A stretch of 64,000 nucleotides of DNA, taken from Amphiscolops sp. MND2022 (Eukaryota). Of the stretch, positions 1-11,250 are shown piece after piece. Each line of letters begins with the position of its first letter. Position 1 is the first letter of the stretch. The notes beneath the pieces are model-generated. The model saw only the letters and a program-made list of their open reading frames with translations. It did not search any database and was not told the origin of the DNA. Both the position numbers and the translations under genes were made by a program. Location: NCBI GenBank assembly GCA_964187785.1, contig OZ076409.1, forward strand, positions 45,696,001 through 45,760,000, written 5' to 3'.

Positions 1-1850
1 CTGTATTTTCATGTAAAGGTACTTGTCCGTAGGCATGTTTTAAATCGACTGATGAATACAAAACTTCGCCTTCTTGTCCTTCAATTTTTTCCGCTATCAT
101 GTCCATTAAATTTTCTAAGTTGGGCATTTGATATTTATTTTTTGCAATAGATTCGTTCAACGCTCTCGCGTCTAGGGCGATTTTGAATGACCCATCCTTT
201 TTCACAGTAACAACTACAGGTTGTATGAACACATCATCTTTTATAGTATCAACTCTTTCAATGTGCCCCTTCTCTAGTAAATTGTTGATCTCTCTGTCAA
301 CCTGTTCTTGTAACTGTATAACTGTACCGGGATGCGCCTGCCCTTTTGTTGAGTGACGCGCGCGCCTTCCTTCATGTCTATTTTAATTGAGTAATTACTT
401 ACACAACCGCGTCTTTCAAACAGATCAGGGAATTCCGCCTTTACTTGCTTTACTTCAGCACTTAGCTGGACCTCAGGTTTTGCTTTCTCTCTGACTACGC
501 AATTTATTGAATTCTCACCTTCCTCTGTTGAATGGACGATTTTGTATCGAAGAGCAGTTAGCCAATCACGGCCCACTTTTGGCCTTGTGCCTCTCCTTGC
601 TACCAGTACTCTTGCCTTTGTGACACTGATTCCGTTGACTTGCAAACTCACGAACATGTACCCCAGCGAGGGTAACTGCTTTCTGTTAAAATCAACATAT
701 CGCTCATTGTCAATCATTTCTCGCACCACTACTCGTTGTTTCCCCACAATTCTCTGAAGTTCATCTATTGGGAAAACTGACACTGATGATCCTGTATCAA
801 TGATTGCTTTAAATGCATTGGCGCACAACAATCCTTCGATCATAAATGGGTTCGTTCCTTCACCATTTACCTGTAACACCATCTCGTCGTCTTCCAGTTC
901 GCCTTCTTCCTCTTCTGACACGTAATTAATTCTTCTTGGTTCCTTTCGTTTATTTGTCATTCTTTGTTGCATGTCTCTTTTACGTTGTGGATATTTTTGG
1001 ATACAACATTTTTCCAGATGTCCCATTATTGAACAAAACTCGCATTGATGATTCTTAGCCAGGCATTTCTATAAATGTTCCAAATCAAAATTTTCGGCTC
1101 CACAACGATAACATTACCTTCGATTGGTTTTATCGACTGCGAATACCGGCTCACTTTTTGTCTTCCTTTGCTCCGCAGCGCTTGTACCCATCGATCGCTG
1201 TCTTTTTAGTCCTTCTTCATATGATACGGCATACTGTAAGGCATCTAACGGGTTTGCAAAGGGTTCTACGCACAATCTTTCTTGAACCTTCCTGTTATTC
1301 ATATTTAAAATGAATACATCGTGCACTAGAGTTTGGGTTATGTCTCCCAATTCGCATCTTGCTGCTTACATGTTTAACGCATGCGAGAATTGTTGCAACG
1401 ATTCCGTTGGCAATTGTTGTCGCGATAGAAAATGATTGTCTGTCCAATGTTCTGTTTCTCTCAATCCGAAAACAGCTTTCGCAATTTTCTAACATCTGAG
1501 TAGCTTGCAACGACCAAATTGATGTTTCTGTGTATTCGTTTCGGAGCATTTTCCGACCAGTTTCCCCCAATGATAGGAACATCATGCTCACCACTTTCTT
1601 GTTTGCTGCTTCATCTGCTATATCCCCCAGAAGTGACTTTACCTGGGATTTGCCTCATCCACCGTTCTAGTCAATTCGTTCAGTGATATGGAATACTTCG
1701 CCATCATTGCTACTTAAAACAGGTCAATCCATTTCTCCCATTATTGACTGCGATTTTGAAGCTTCATGCCAGAATAGAGGCAACCCAGCTAATAATGAAT
1801 TCGTTGAAGACGGGCTTGCTGACGATGACGAAGTTGATGCTCGCAGCGCC
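1..1850 (-). mobile_element. Degenerate Ty3/Gypsy LTR retrotransposon, 5' part (gag, aspartic protease, start of RT); runs off the window start
   Basis: Gag-like fragments (ERNRTLDR, DVFILNMNNRKVQERLC), Cys/His knuckle region (CYRCGAENF...CEFCSIMGHLEKCC), protease motif IIDTGS in ORF 274-1026, RT N-terminus FIQPVVVTVKKDGSFKIALDARALN...NKYQMPNL in 1-270; broken by stops and frameshifts. Confidence 0.9.
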
Positions 1851-2055
1851 GTTATAGTCTTGCGAAATACGAATTGTTGAATGTTGTAAAGAATGTATTA
1901 AGATTGATGCAGTATGTAAAATGTCGAAATGTAGATGTATTGTTAATGGCAACAGCAGCGTTTCCAATGAATATGTAATGGTCTATACTTCTTTTGACAT
2001 GTAATAATAACATGTTTACAAATATGTCTGTTTTGCAACGTTACACTCTATAACA
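1851..2055 (-). repeat. 5' LTR of the Gypsy element, followed by a PBS-like GGCGCTGCGAGC (1850-1839)
   Basis: Minus strand starts TGTTATAG at 2055 and ends CTATAAC at 1851 (short terminal inverted repeat), directly upstream of the gag region. Confidence 0.6.
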
Positions 2056-3566
2056 GTCACAAACAAGCATTCTCTGATTGAAGCTTACTTTAACATTGAT
2101 ACGAACTCTATTCACCGTTTAAGCATTTTTGTGTTCCAGACAGTGCTCTTTGAAATTATATTGACGGCGATCAAGGTTTCAAAAGATAATCATAATTATA
2201 AGAAGACGGGAATATAACCGGATTATTATTATTCAATTTACTGGTCGGCATCAATTTAAACGTTTTGGCACTTAAAAGTTTGGGACTGAAATATCTGCTT
2301 TTGCGAGACTGAATGTCTGAGTAAAATAGCAGTATTGGGACTGAAATGTCTTGGCACCATCGAGAAATCCGCAAAAAAATAGACGTCTCAAACTTTATTC
2401 CGAAGGAGGTTCCACACCTTCACATACGACGGTAGTATTTCAACCTTTACTCTGCTTCCAGACTTCATGCTAAGAATGAATCCATAGCCGTTTTGGGACA
2501 TTTCGTTCATTGATATCACTTCAATTGATTTTGAAATCTAGCTTCGATTTTTTTCCGAGCGCGAACGTCGATGAAAAACAGTCAAAATCATTTTGAAATG
2601 CACAAAAGGCACAGTGGCCCTCGATGTTTTGCGCTCATTGGAAGAAATTTAGAGAACCAGCGAACTAAGAATTGAAATTCCGCATACTAGGAGGCGCAAT
2701 AGTCATTAAAAACCTTTGAGAAAATAGGAACAGAACATACCTAAGCATCAGCGTAGAAATAGCTCAGGAAATATTCGCAATCAAATTCGCGGGGTCTCGC
2801 AATCAAATTCGAGATCAAATTAAGACGCCCGCTGAGCACCGGGACATTTTTTCCGCTCTTAAAATCTTTTAGCAATATCATTATTTTGGAGCTCGACGGT
2901 AACTTGGCAAACTACAAGAATCGCACGACAAACTCAGTAGAACAATTTTTGATACGATATTTTTGGGCTCAAATAGGGCACTTTTTGAACGTAATTCAAA
3001 TTCTTTCTTTGCAGAAATTTTCCGAGCAGCTAATTGTTTTGTTGTTAAAGTCGTGGTTATTCATATCCGAACAACATTGAAAAGTTGCACAAACCTGTCA
3101 AAAATGGTCCCAGGTTTCATGATGAACTAAAACCATCGAAAAAATTAAACTTGCGTGCCAAAGATAAAATACAGGAATTTCGACTTTTAGGCACTTTTTT
3201 GGGAGTTTTAAATCTCTACGTTTATAAAATGTTAAATGTGGTACAAAATTGTTTGTCGTTAAAGATAAGGCACATTCAGGTCGCACTGAACTATGTACTT
3301 AAGTGTGACAGTTGTCTATCCTCTATCACTCAGTGATTGTACATCCATGTTCATGTTCATTTGACTGTGCAGTTTTTATATTTCAGATACAAAAAATGTT
3401 TGTTACTGATGATATGTACTAACAATCGGAAGGCTTTTGAATAGAACACTTGTTTTCCTATTTTTGAACTGCACGAAACTAAGATTATATCAGTTGAATT
3501 CTATGGGTGCCACATTTGGGTATGACATTGGAACATGGCATATTTTGGAAAGATGATTTTTTCAAG

Positions 3567-3704
3567 GGAATAAGGAAACTACACGTGATTCTCCAAGACT
3601 GTCACAGGACAATACTCCACCCAACATGATGTGGGACGCTGAGGCCAATTATGGATTGCTTGGCGCAGATTTTGGCATGCAGAATCAGTTCTTACCACAA
3701 GGCA
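3567..3704 (+). CDS. Probable penultimate exon of an unidentified gene (NKETTRDSPRLSQDNTPPNMMWDAEANYGLLGADFGMQNQFLPQ)
   Basis: tttttcaAG acceptor and open frame; phase-1 donor after 3704 (GT) or 3701 (GC) joins in frame to 4027-4208. Confidence 0.45.
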
Positions 3705-4026
3705 GTGTTGTACTTTACATTCCGACAAAATTTACTTTGATTTGATTAGCAACTAAAGCACACTCATCATACAACTTGAGACACTCACTGGTACCACAAT
3801 TGGGCTTCCAAACTTATAACTCATTTTGGATATAAATGACTTAATTTCGTTCCACATTGAGAGAACATAGGTACAAATTACGAACAATTCCAATCATTAG
3901 TCGGTCATTAGTGCAACATAAACGTTTCGTTCCAACAGTCTATATACTAAGGTAGAAAACTCTATGGGATCATTCAAATAACATTTCTCAAGACCGTAAA
4001 TTGTACAACATTGCCTTGCCATCTAG

Positions 4027-4208
4027 GTGTTCAACTGCCCAATGGCGGTTTTCTTCAAATGCCCCCCATGCAAATGGCACCGGGACAACCGGGATTCCCG
4101 ATGCTCCCCAACTTCGGGATGCCGATGGTATACGGACAAGACGTGTTTTGTCCTTACATTCTGATGCCATCGGGAAACCCGCCGCAGATGAAGCCAGCTG
4201 CAAGGTGA
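4027..4208 (+). CDS. Probable last exon of an unidentified gene, Pro/Gln/Met/Gly-rich low-complexity C-terminus
   Basis: ctAG acceptor at 4025-4026; GC-richer than flanks; VQLPNGGFLQMPPMQMAPGQPGFPMLPNFGMPMV...AAR-stop. Confidence 0.55.
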
Positions 4209-4619
4209 CCCGAAACATCCCACATACGTACATGTAATTTATTGCTTCATCAAAAAAATTTAGCATTAGTTTCAATCAAATGGTTCAAAAAGCCTAAAAA
4301 AACGCAAAGTACTATTTATCTGAACAAAAAAATTCAGTCTCATTTGATTTTCGAGCTCAATTCCAAAACAAAAGGGTCAACAACACATCAAACCGCAAGA
4401 AGACAAATTCCAATTTTTCGAAACCCCTACGGAAATAAAAAAGACGCCCACTGAGCGCCAACATCGTTTCCGTTTTAAATTATTTTAGTGATGATACTTT
4501 CAGGGCTCGAGCATAACCGAAACATCACAAAAAATTTCGACGTTTTGGTCCTTCCTGTTCTAAAAAAAACAGTGTATTCCTTCATATAAAATATCCAAAA
4601 TGTAAACAAATATATGGAG

Positions 4620-4950
4620 GGCAGTGTAAAAACCTTATTATTAAAAAAATGGACAATACAAAATATTGTATAAAAAACAAATATTGAGCATTAAAATTTG
4701 ACTACTTGAAACGATATTCACTCCATCATTTCTGACTATACTGAGGTCTATCGATGTCATTAACAAATTTCTCATTAAAAAACATTTTCAACCTCTTTAC
4801 ATTTTCATACGTCTGATTTCCCAATTTCAGTTTTCCAGGCAACGCGTTCCACAAAGGTACTACTCTCTTGAAAAGGCTGTTTTTCAGCTGCTCACTATTG
4901 GCAAAACTATGATATGTTAAAATTAATGTTCTTTCATGTGTTTTCAGATT
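4620..4950 (-). mobile_element. 3' remnant of a non-LTR retrotransposon (CR1/L2-like ORF2 C-terminus)
   Basis: KNSLFKRVVPLWNALP resembles the FF.RVV..WN.LP motif at the end of CR1/L2-group ORF2. Confidence 0.6.
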
Positions 4951-5098
4951 TGCAGTGGCGATCTGAAGCCACGAAAAAGCGGGATCTGAAGCCGTGAAAA
5001 AGCGGGAAGTTCTTTCCAGGAACTTCATTTTTTTCTCAACTTTAGATTTCTTTGTGTTGAGCTCAATGAATAGTCATACGCACGGAAACGTTCAAAAA

Positions 5099-5449
5099 GG
5101 GAACGTTTATTTAGGCCCGATAAACTGAGACCCCATAATGAAATGTTATCTGAGGCCCGAAAATTCGTTCATTGAAATTATTATTATAAAGTAGTCAGCT
5201 ATATTCACATACCCCTAGTGCCCTAAATGCAGGAGCGAAGCGACGTGCCATATGGACATGCCTCAATGTTGCTACTTGGCGAAGGGAGCGAAGGGAGCGA
5301 AGAGACCGAGCCATACAACAAATATGCTAACCTCTTCAAATAAACCAAGTTAAATACATATTGGCTGATATAATATTATCTGACGCTAATAGTCACCGAA
5401 TTGATCGGGCCTCAAATTACACTAGCTTCGGGCCTCAAATATGCTACCC
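5099..5449. mobile_element. MITE with imperfect TIRs and 8-bp TSD
   Basis: TIRs GGGAACGTTTATTTAGGCCCGA / TCGGGCCTCAAATATGCTACCC; TTCAAAAA at 5091-5098 and 5450-5457; second copy inverted at 33072-33398. Confidence 0.85.
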
Positions 5450-6765
5450 TTCAAAAAGTGTACGAAATGGCATGAAACGGTAAAAAATTGGCATGTTGGC
5501 TGGCTATTTTTGAGCGCTTTTTCATTAGGAAAAAGTTCAGAAAACACCACAAATACATACTACGGACGTACTTTCATGATAGGCAAATTATGTTGAAGAA
5601 CCTTTATCTTTTCAAAGATACTTTGAATCGTTTTCGCAATTTGTAGAACTTTTGCGGTCACTTTTTGTGAAACGGATTGGAAAAAAAACTGACGAAAAGC
5701 CACAATAATGTCGCGTTTCATTTCATGAAGTGCCGACTAAAAATGGTAAACAAGAGTTTTCGGGTCACCAAACAGAAGCGATTGCGATACTAACAGCAAC
5801 GCGGGAGGAACCAAAGGCGGGGCGAAAAGCAAAACGAATAAGCGGGCAGACTCCGGAATGTGTAGCGAGTACGAGAATTCCCAGCCGAAGCAGGACGATT
5901 TCAACTTTTGCAACAACTGTCACCAGCCAGGGGGACACACGGCTGGCCAGTACTATAAAGTGGTACCCACTCACAGTGCAGTTTGTGATATTCTTTGAGC
6001 ACAGGGTTGGTGAAGAAGCACAGGATGATTAGCTCTTAGAAAATTCTTGAAAATCTCTTTGAAAATTTTTGTTAAGTGCTACTTTGATAGAGCTTTTTGC
6101 CTCCATCAATGGTGAAACTTTCATCAAAAGTCTCAAAGGTTTGGATAGCAATTTGGTAATTTTCAGCCAATGTTTTGCTAAATTTCGAATATTTTTAAAA
6201 TAAGGAATTTTGTCAAACACCTGGTGTTACAGAATGCCAACCCTGTGTGAAAACACGCCCCCCAATAACACCCACGCAGAGTAACAAGCACGAGCAATTA
6301 AGACAGCCCATTTAATTTGGACGGAAAAGAACTTCTGTCAGCTTTCCTATACTTGAATGTTTGGCTGTTCGTAGTACACTTTGCTCTGAGAACTTAGTTA
6401 CAAACTATAAATTGCACTGGAAAATATCTCTTGTGAATAAAAACACTCGGCTAAAATTAGCGCGCGTTAGATCAAAAGTGTTCACAATCCACTGCATTCA
6501 TATCACCTTCACTCCCGAGAAAATGTTTTTAAGAATTCACAAAAAATTTGAATAATATAAATATTTTTCGAAATCTGTAAGAAAAAGGAAAACTCAGTTT
6601 TATTCATAAAAAGTGCCGACAAAGAAACAGAAAAATTTGAATGAAATGACGAAATCTACCATTTCAACACTAATAATAGGATACCATCATAAAAAATCTA
6701 TTTTAGCACCAAAAGAAAAGACAGAAAAATAGAAATAGAGGTATCACCTACTGACAAGCAGATTC

Positions 6766-8145
6766 TCAAATTTGGCGCACAAGTTTCAAGATAAAGTCTT
6801 TATAATTTCTACCACATCTTATATTCATTTCGTAAACTGGCTGTACATCCCATTCAAGTTCTCTCAGTTTTCCATCCAACTTGGAGCTCATTTTGCGGGG
6901 CAAGCCATTACAACTCATTTCTCCAGGTTGTTCTTCTAACACCTCACAGAAATCCTCAAACAGAAAGGAACCATTCTCGGTTCTATACGCCAACTCTCCG
7001 GGTAACGCCGAGTAAATTATCCACGTATTTTCCTTTAAATTTGAATTGAATTGGGGGCGCTTAAACGTTTGAAGTGAAGGAAAATGTACTCTATTGGAGA
7101 AGTTATCCGTTTGATCTCCACTATTTGGAGGATAACCATTAGTTGAAAACCCAGCAGTTTTTGTCAATTTCCGGCAGAAATGAAGAAGAAACAATTTCTG
7201 AGTTTCTTCAAAACCTTCAGCCTCTTCAATTGTTCTAACAATGTCTTCAACTTTCAATTTACTCCCCGGCGATTCAGGAAGCTCATGGTCGACATAGCAA
7301 GCAATGAAATCTTCGTTTGTTGCGACATCTCGAAATCCGTGACTGCCAACTGCCACTATCAACTTATGAGAAGGGCTCATAGTTTTCGTTTTAGCGAACT
7401 GTCTCAGCTCTTCAATGATACGAAAGCTGTCGAGGTTGGTTAGCTCTAAATAAGAGAATCCCAGTCTTCGGGCAACTCGTTGTAGCCTTTCAGTGTCTTT
7501 TTCATGGCCAACACGATTGTCCAGAAACTTGTATTTATAATTATTGATAAATATTAGATAGCCAAGGCTATTTGTTTCATTTTCGCAAAATTTCGATAAA
7601 AGACTTGAAGAAGTTGGATAGTTACTTGAAGGATTCGACTTTGGGTGACAATCGGGAACAGATGTAATAACTGATGAAGCTGTGCTACTAGACTCGATTC
7701 CATCCGACAGCGCAATAACATCGTTTTTCGTAACTTCAAAAAGAGCTATAACTGCATCACTGATTTCTTCCGCAATTGAAATTTTGATGTTTCTCCATGA
7801 CTCAATTATTTCAAACAAGTCAAACAATTTTATTTTTCCCGAATTTTCCTCCCTCTTGGCTTTTAACCAGCGATTGAACAAGTCTCTTTTCTTGGTTTTC
7901 ATGTGTGAATGTATCAGCTCTTCGCGATGAAGCGGAGCAACAAAATTCAAAAGTTTGCGGAAAAAATTCAGAAGTTGGGTATCGGAGGCTTTTCTGAAGT
8001 AGCAAATATTTACACTGATGGTGACCAAATTTTTCCAGCGATCCTTTTTGACAGTTTCATCAATGTCCCACGTGTCTGCTATCTTCAAACATCTGCTCGC
8101 AGTGAATAGCAAATCGTTGGGCCCATCATCAAGAACATTCCTCAT
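6766..8145 (-). CDS. Caspase-family (peptidase C14A) protein, 459 aa, intronless, long N-terminal prodomain
   Basis: p20 motifs LIFINN, RVGHEKD (R.GT..D-like), VGSHG (catalytic His) and KLFLLHFCRK (catalytic Cys at the QACRG position); p10 motifs YSALPGELAYR, NGSFLFEDFCEVL and QP. Confidence 0.88.
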   Translation of the reverse strand: MRNVLDDGPNDLLFTASRCLKIADTWDIDETVKKDRWKNLVTISVNICYFRKASDTQLLNFFRKLLNFVAPLHREELIHSHMKTKKRDLFNRWLKAKREENSGKIKLFDLFEIIESWRNIKISIAEEISDAVIALFEVTKNDVIALSDGIESSSTASSVITSVPDCHPKSNPSSNYPTSSSLLSKFCENETNSLGYLIFINNYKYKFLDNRVGHEKDTERLQRVARRLGFSYLELTNLDSFRIIEELRQFAKTKTMSPSHKLIVAVGSHGFRDVATNEDFIACYVDHELPESPGSKLKVEDIVRTIEEAEGFEETQKLFLLHFCRKLTKTAGFSTNGYPPNSGDQTDNFSNRVHFPSLQTFKRPQFNSNLKENTWIIYSALPGELAYRTENGSFLFEDFCEVLEEQPGEMSCNGLPRKMSSKLDGKLRELEWDVQPVYEMNIRCGRNYKDFILKLVRQI

Positions 8146-9850
8146 ACTTTCTCAGAAATCAAATAAAACTCTGAAAATATCAGTCGATGTTGGAAGACCG
8201 TGCTGAAAATCCATTGAAAGCCCGAAAAGTTCGGCGGACCGCCAAGAAGAGGGTAGGAAAGGACAAATGGCCATTAAACCAATGAGTAAGCAGCAAAAGG
8301 TCAAGCTCCACACAAACATCTTCAACTACCTATCAGCCAACTGTACTGAACAGTAGATTTTTGTGATTGCGTACCTTATGGCTTAAGAGCAAATAACATT
8401 AAAATGAAATGTTTCATCTATCATAAATTCATTTTCACAACATTGGCTGAGTGAATAAATCTTGAAAAATTGCAAAAAAATTCTCGTCTGGTTCAGTTTC
8501 GTATTGTGATTATTCCAGCTTACACAACAAATTGATAAATTATTTTTTTTCCGAAAAGCTTCATCGTCGACTGCATGTACATCCTGATTCCCAAGTTCTG
8601 GGCCAATCAAATAATTCCAATCGGCTCACTTTTAGTCTTCGACTAGTCACTTGCCATCGACAAAAAGTTTTTTCGTGGGAAACGTGGATTTGTTCAACTC
8701 AGCTATTTAAAAAAATTGCCACAACAAAACCGCGTTTCTCATTTTAAACTACTCATAGAAGCTCTGATAACATCAAGTTAGCTAGAAGAATTTTGATAAG
8801 AAAGCGTTACTGTGTTCACGATCAATGTGAATCAGATTAAGAGCATGAACCTTCATTTTTTGATAAAACACAGAAAATGTTCAAAATGCAGCAAATATCC
8901 CTGTACGCTTTGGATAACGTTTTATAATTCTCTTTTTCGATCGTTCTATAGAAGAGATCCCACAAAAATGTAATTTTAAAATTTCGGATCCAGTAGAGGC
9001 CATTGAACGAATGCAATGCTTTTTGGCAATATTCGGCTTTCCTCAAAAACGTCCCTTACTCAAGTTTACTAAAGGAAAAGTTTGTTCAGTAGCTAATTCA
9101 TTGAGTGAAATTAGAGTCGCACTGACCAGCTTTTATGGACAAACGCACAAAGACTTGGCAGTCGAAAAAAATGCACAAAAAATGCACAAGTTATGCACAA
9201 ATTAGTAGTATTGGCCTCTCATGTATTCATGAAACTTCCCGAATGAATTTTACAGGATTTGACATTTCACTCTTTTAATTGGTGAGGGAAGAAAATCATT
9301 CTATCTTTTGATTGAAAATATTGCATTTAAATTGGCGATAAAAGAAAAAGAATCAAATATTGATGTAGAAAAATATTACTGATTGGACCTTAAATACACT
9401 AGCAAGCCACCCTGCCCAAAGGGCATTTATGCTTGCAACCAAAAATGCTGATTAAAAACTGATATTGATTCGACCACTGAACAAAAAAACAGTTTGAAAA
9501 CCAAAACCAGAGTTGGCAATCAAACCTTGCAGCATTCAGGGCGAAGCTAGTTTAATTTCACACACAAAAAGGTCGTTTAATTACGACATTCTCTTCGATT
9601 CTGTTAACGAAATTGGCTGGTGATTTTTTCATTCACAAAAAAAACGTTTCAAACCGACTAAAACACATCAGACTTTTTTGATTGGATGCGAAATACGGAT
9701 CGCTTCAGTTCGATGACGTAATTTGTTGTGTCTAATGAAATTCAAGCGCAAACATGACGTCAATAGCCGAGACAAAGTTTATCTTCTCCATTATATTATC
9801 ATGACGATGATTAATTTCGTTGTCTCTAATCTGCGATCATTGAGAAACAA

Positions 9851-10010
9851 AACAAGACGGGAACGTCTAAAGTCGGCGCTATATCTAAGACTCAAAAAGC
9901 GCAAAGATTTTAGGATATGCTCAGGACGCTTTTTAAATGGAAAAATCTGTTTCGAAACACCGTAAGGGTGCCTTTCGTGCTCGGAAAGTGCTTCAAAAGT
10001 TTGGATACAG
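9851..10010 (-). mobile_element. 3' fragment of a Helentron-like family B element
   Basis: Hairpin AGACG-GGAA-CGTCT plus subTIR AGTCGGCGC, as in full copies. Confidence 0.7.
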
Positions 10011-10062
10011 CGTGCTGAAACTAATGCGAGCGCTTTTTTCGATCCTACGCCTCCTCCTCAAT

Positions 10063-10737
10063 AAAATAGGCCGGGGCACTATCTGAAAGCAATAAACATT
10101 TTCCAATATTTTATCCCGCAAATAAAACAACCATTCACCACACACTTTATATAGTTTCAACAGATAATTTTTTGAATGATTTCATCTCACCGGAATATTC
10201 GCACATTCCGTCTTCTATATGGAAAATAGGCCCCTCCGGGGCACACTATTATTTCTGCTTTAATCTTTCATTAATAAAACAATCATATCTGGAATACCAA
10301 TACACTCCTGTTTAATCATTATTTAGCGCACAATTAATCACTGTACCAGTTTATACCCCCTTTAAATCTCGGACTAAAGCAAATATATCTACTAAGCGTA
10401 GACGAAGTTTCGCATTCGCAACTGAATGCAGGCGAAGCTCTCGGCGAAGGAATAATTAACACTCATTCGCTTCATCTCAATAACTCGGCGTACGAAAGCA
10501 TAATTACGAACATTCGCTCGCTTCATCTCAATGACGTCAGCGTACGAATGCATAATTACCATTCCATCGCACAAGAATTGAATTGTCGTCGGCAGCTTGA
10601 GAAATTTAATTCTCACGCTTATAGTCACTGCCGAACAAAATATCTGAATTATTCAGTATCATGCGAAGAATTTTACTGAAAAAAAAAGAAAAAAATCTTG
10701 AGGTTTCAATAATATTCCTGCTATCGCAGAAATGATT
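10063..10737 (-). mobile_element. Helentron-like non-autonomous element, family A (subTIR TATTTCTGC), with a 145-bp extension and a second degenerate 3' end
   Basis: Core 10223-10737 matches 32342-32884, 42962-43490 and 49876-50477; hairpin GCCCC-TCC-GGGGC next to the subTIR; 10078-10222 matches 49730-49875. Confidence 0.75.
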
Positions 10738-10739
10738 AA

Positions 10740-11250
10740 AAGCAATCGTGACCAAAGTTTTCCAAAGTTTCGGATTTTGTTTTATTAGGGCGATTGGAAG
10801 TCCTCAAGCCACATAAACTAAACAGTCTTTCAACAACAACAGATGAAGCCGGGCTAATTAAAATTTTCAAACCTTTATGTATAAATTCAGGATATTCGGA
10901 AAAATTAGAATTATTTGCCCAAAAAAATAACATCAACGCTTCAGTGAGTTTTGGAGCTTCTAAGAACGTGTCAAGAAACTCTTTCTAGTGACTCACTCGA
11001 TTCAAGTTTTCTTTTATTAGTGTGGCCCAAAACAAATTCGTCCAATTTTCTGCATTTTTTGCAATAGGTGTATCATTTTCAGTTGGAACATTTACAGGCA
11101 TACATGCATCAAAATACTGATGAACTTCAGCTAGTTTCCGCTCACTGAAAGGCAAACATACAACGTTCAATTTTTGATGTCATTCTGAGTAAATCGACAA
11201 TTTGACGCCCCGGGTCCATTCACACGCTTTCCGATAATTTATAATACAGG
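10740..11250 (-). mobile_element. hAT transposase C-terminal (dimerization domain) remnant
   Basis: LFFWANN...YPEF...KILISPASSVVVERLFSLCG...SETLEN resembles the hATC motif (PASS...ERLFS). Confidence 0.75.

Noticed and set aside
5761..6030. LTR plus PBS fragment (TGGTGACCCG on the minus strand)
   Set aside because: No partner LTR, TSD or coding region to confirm it.
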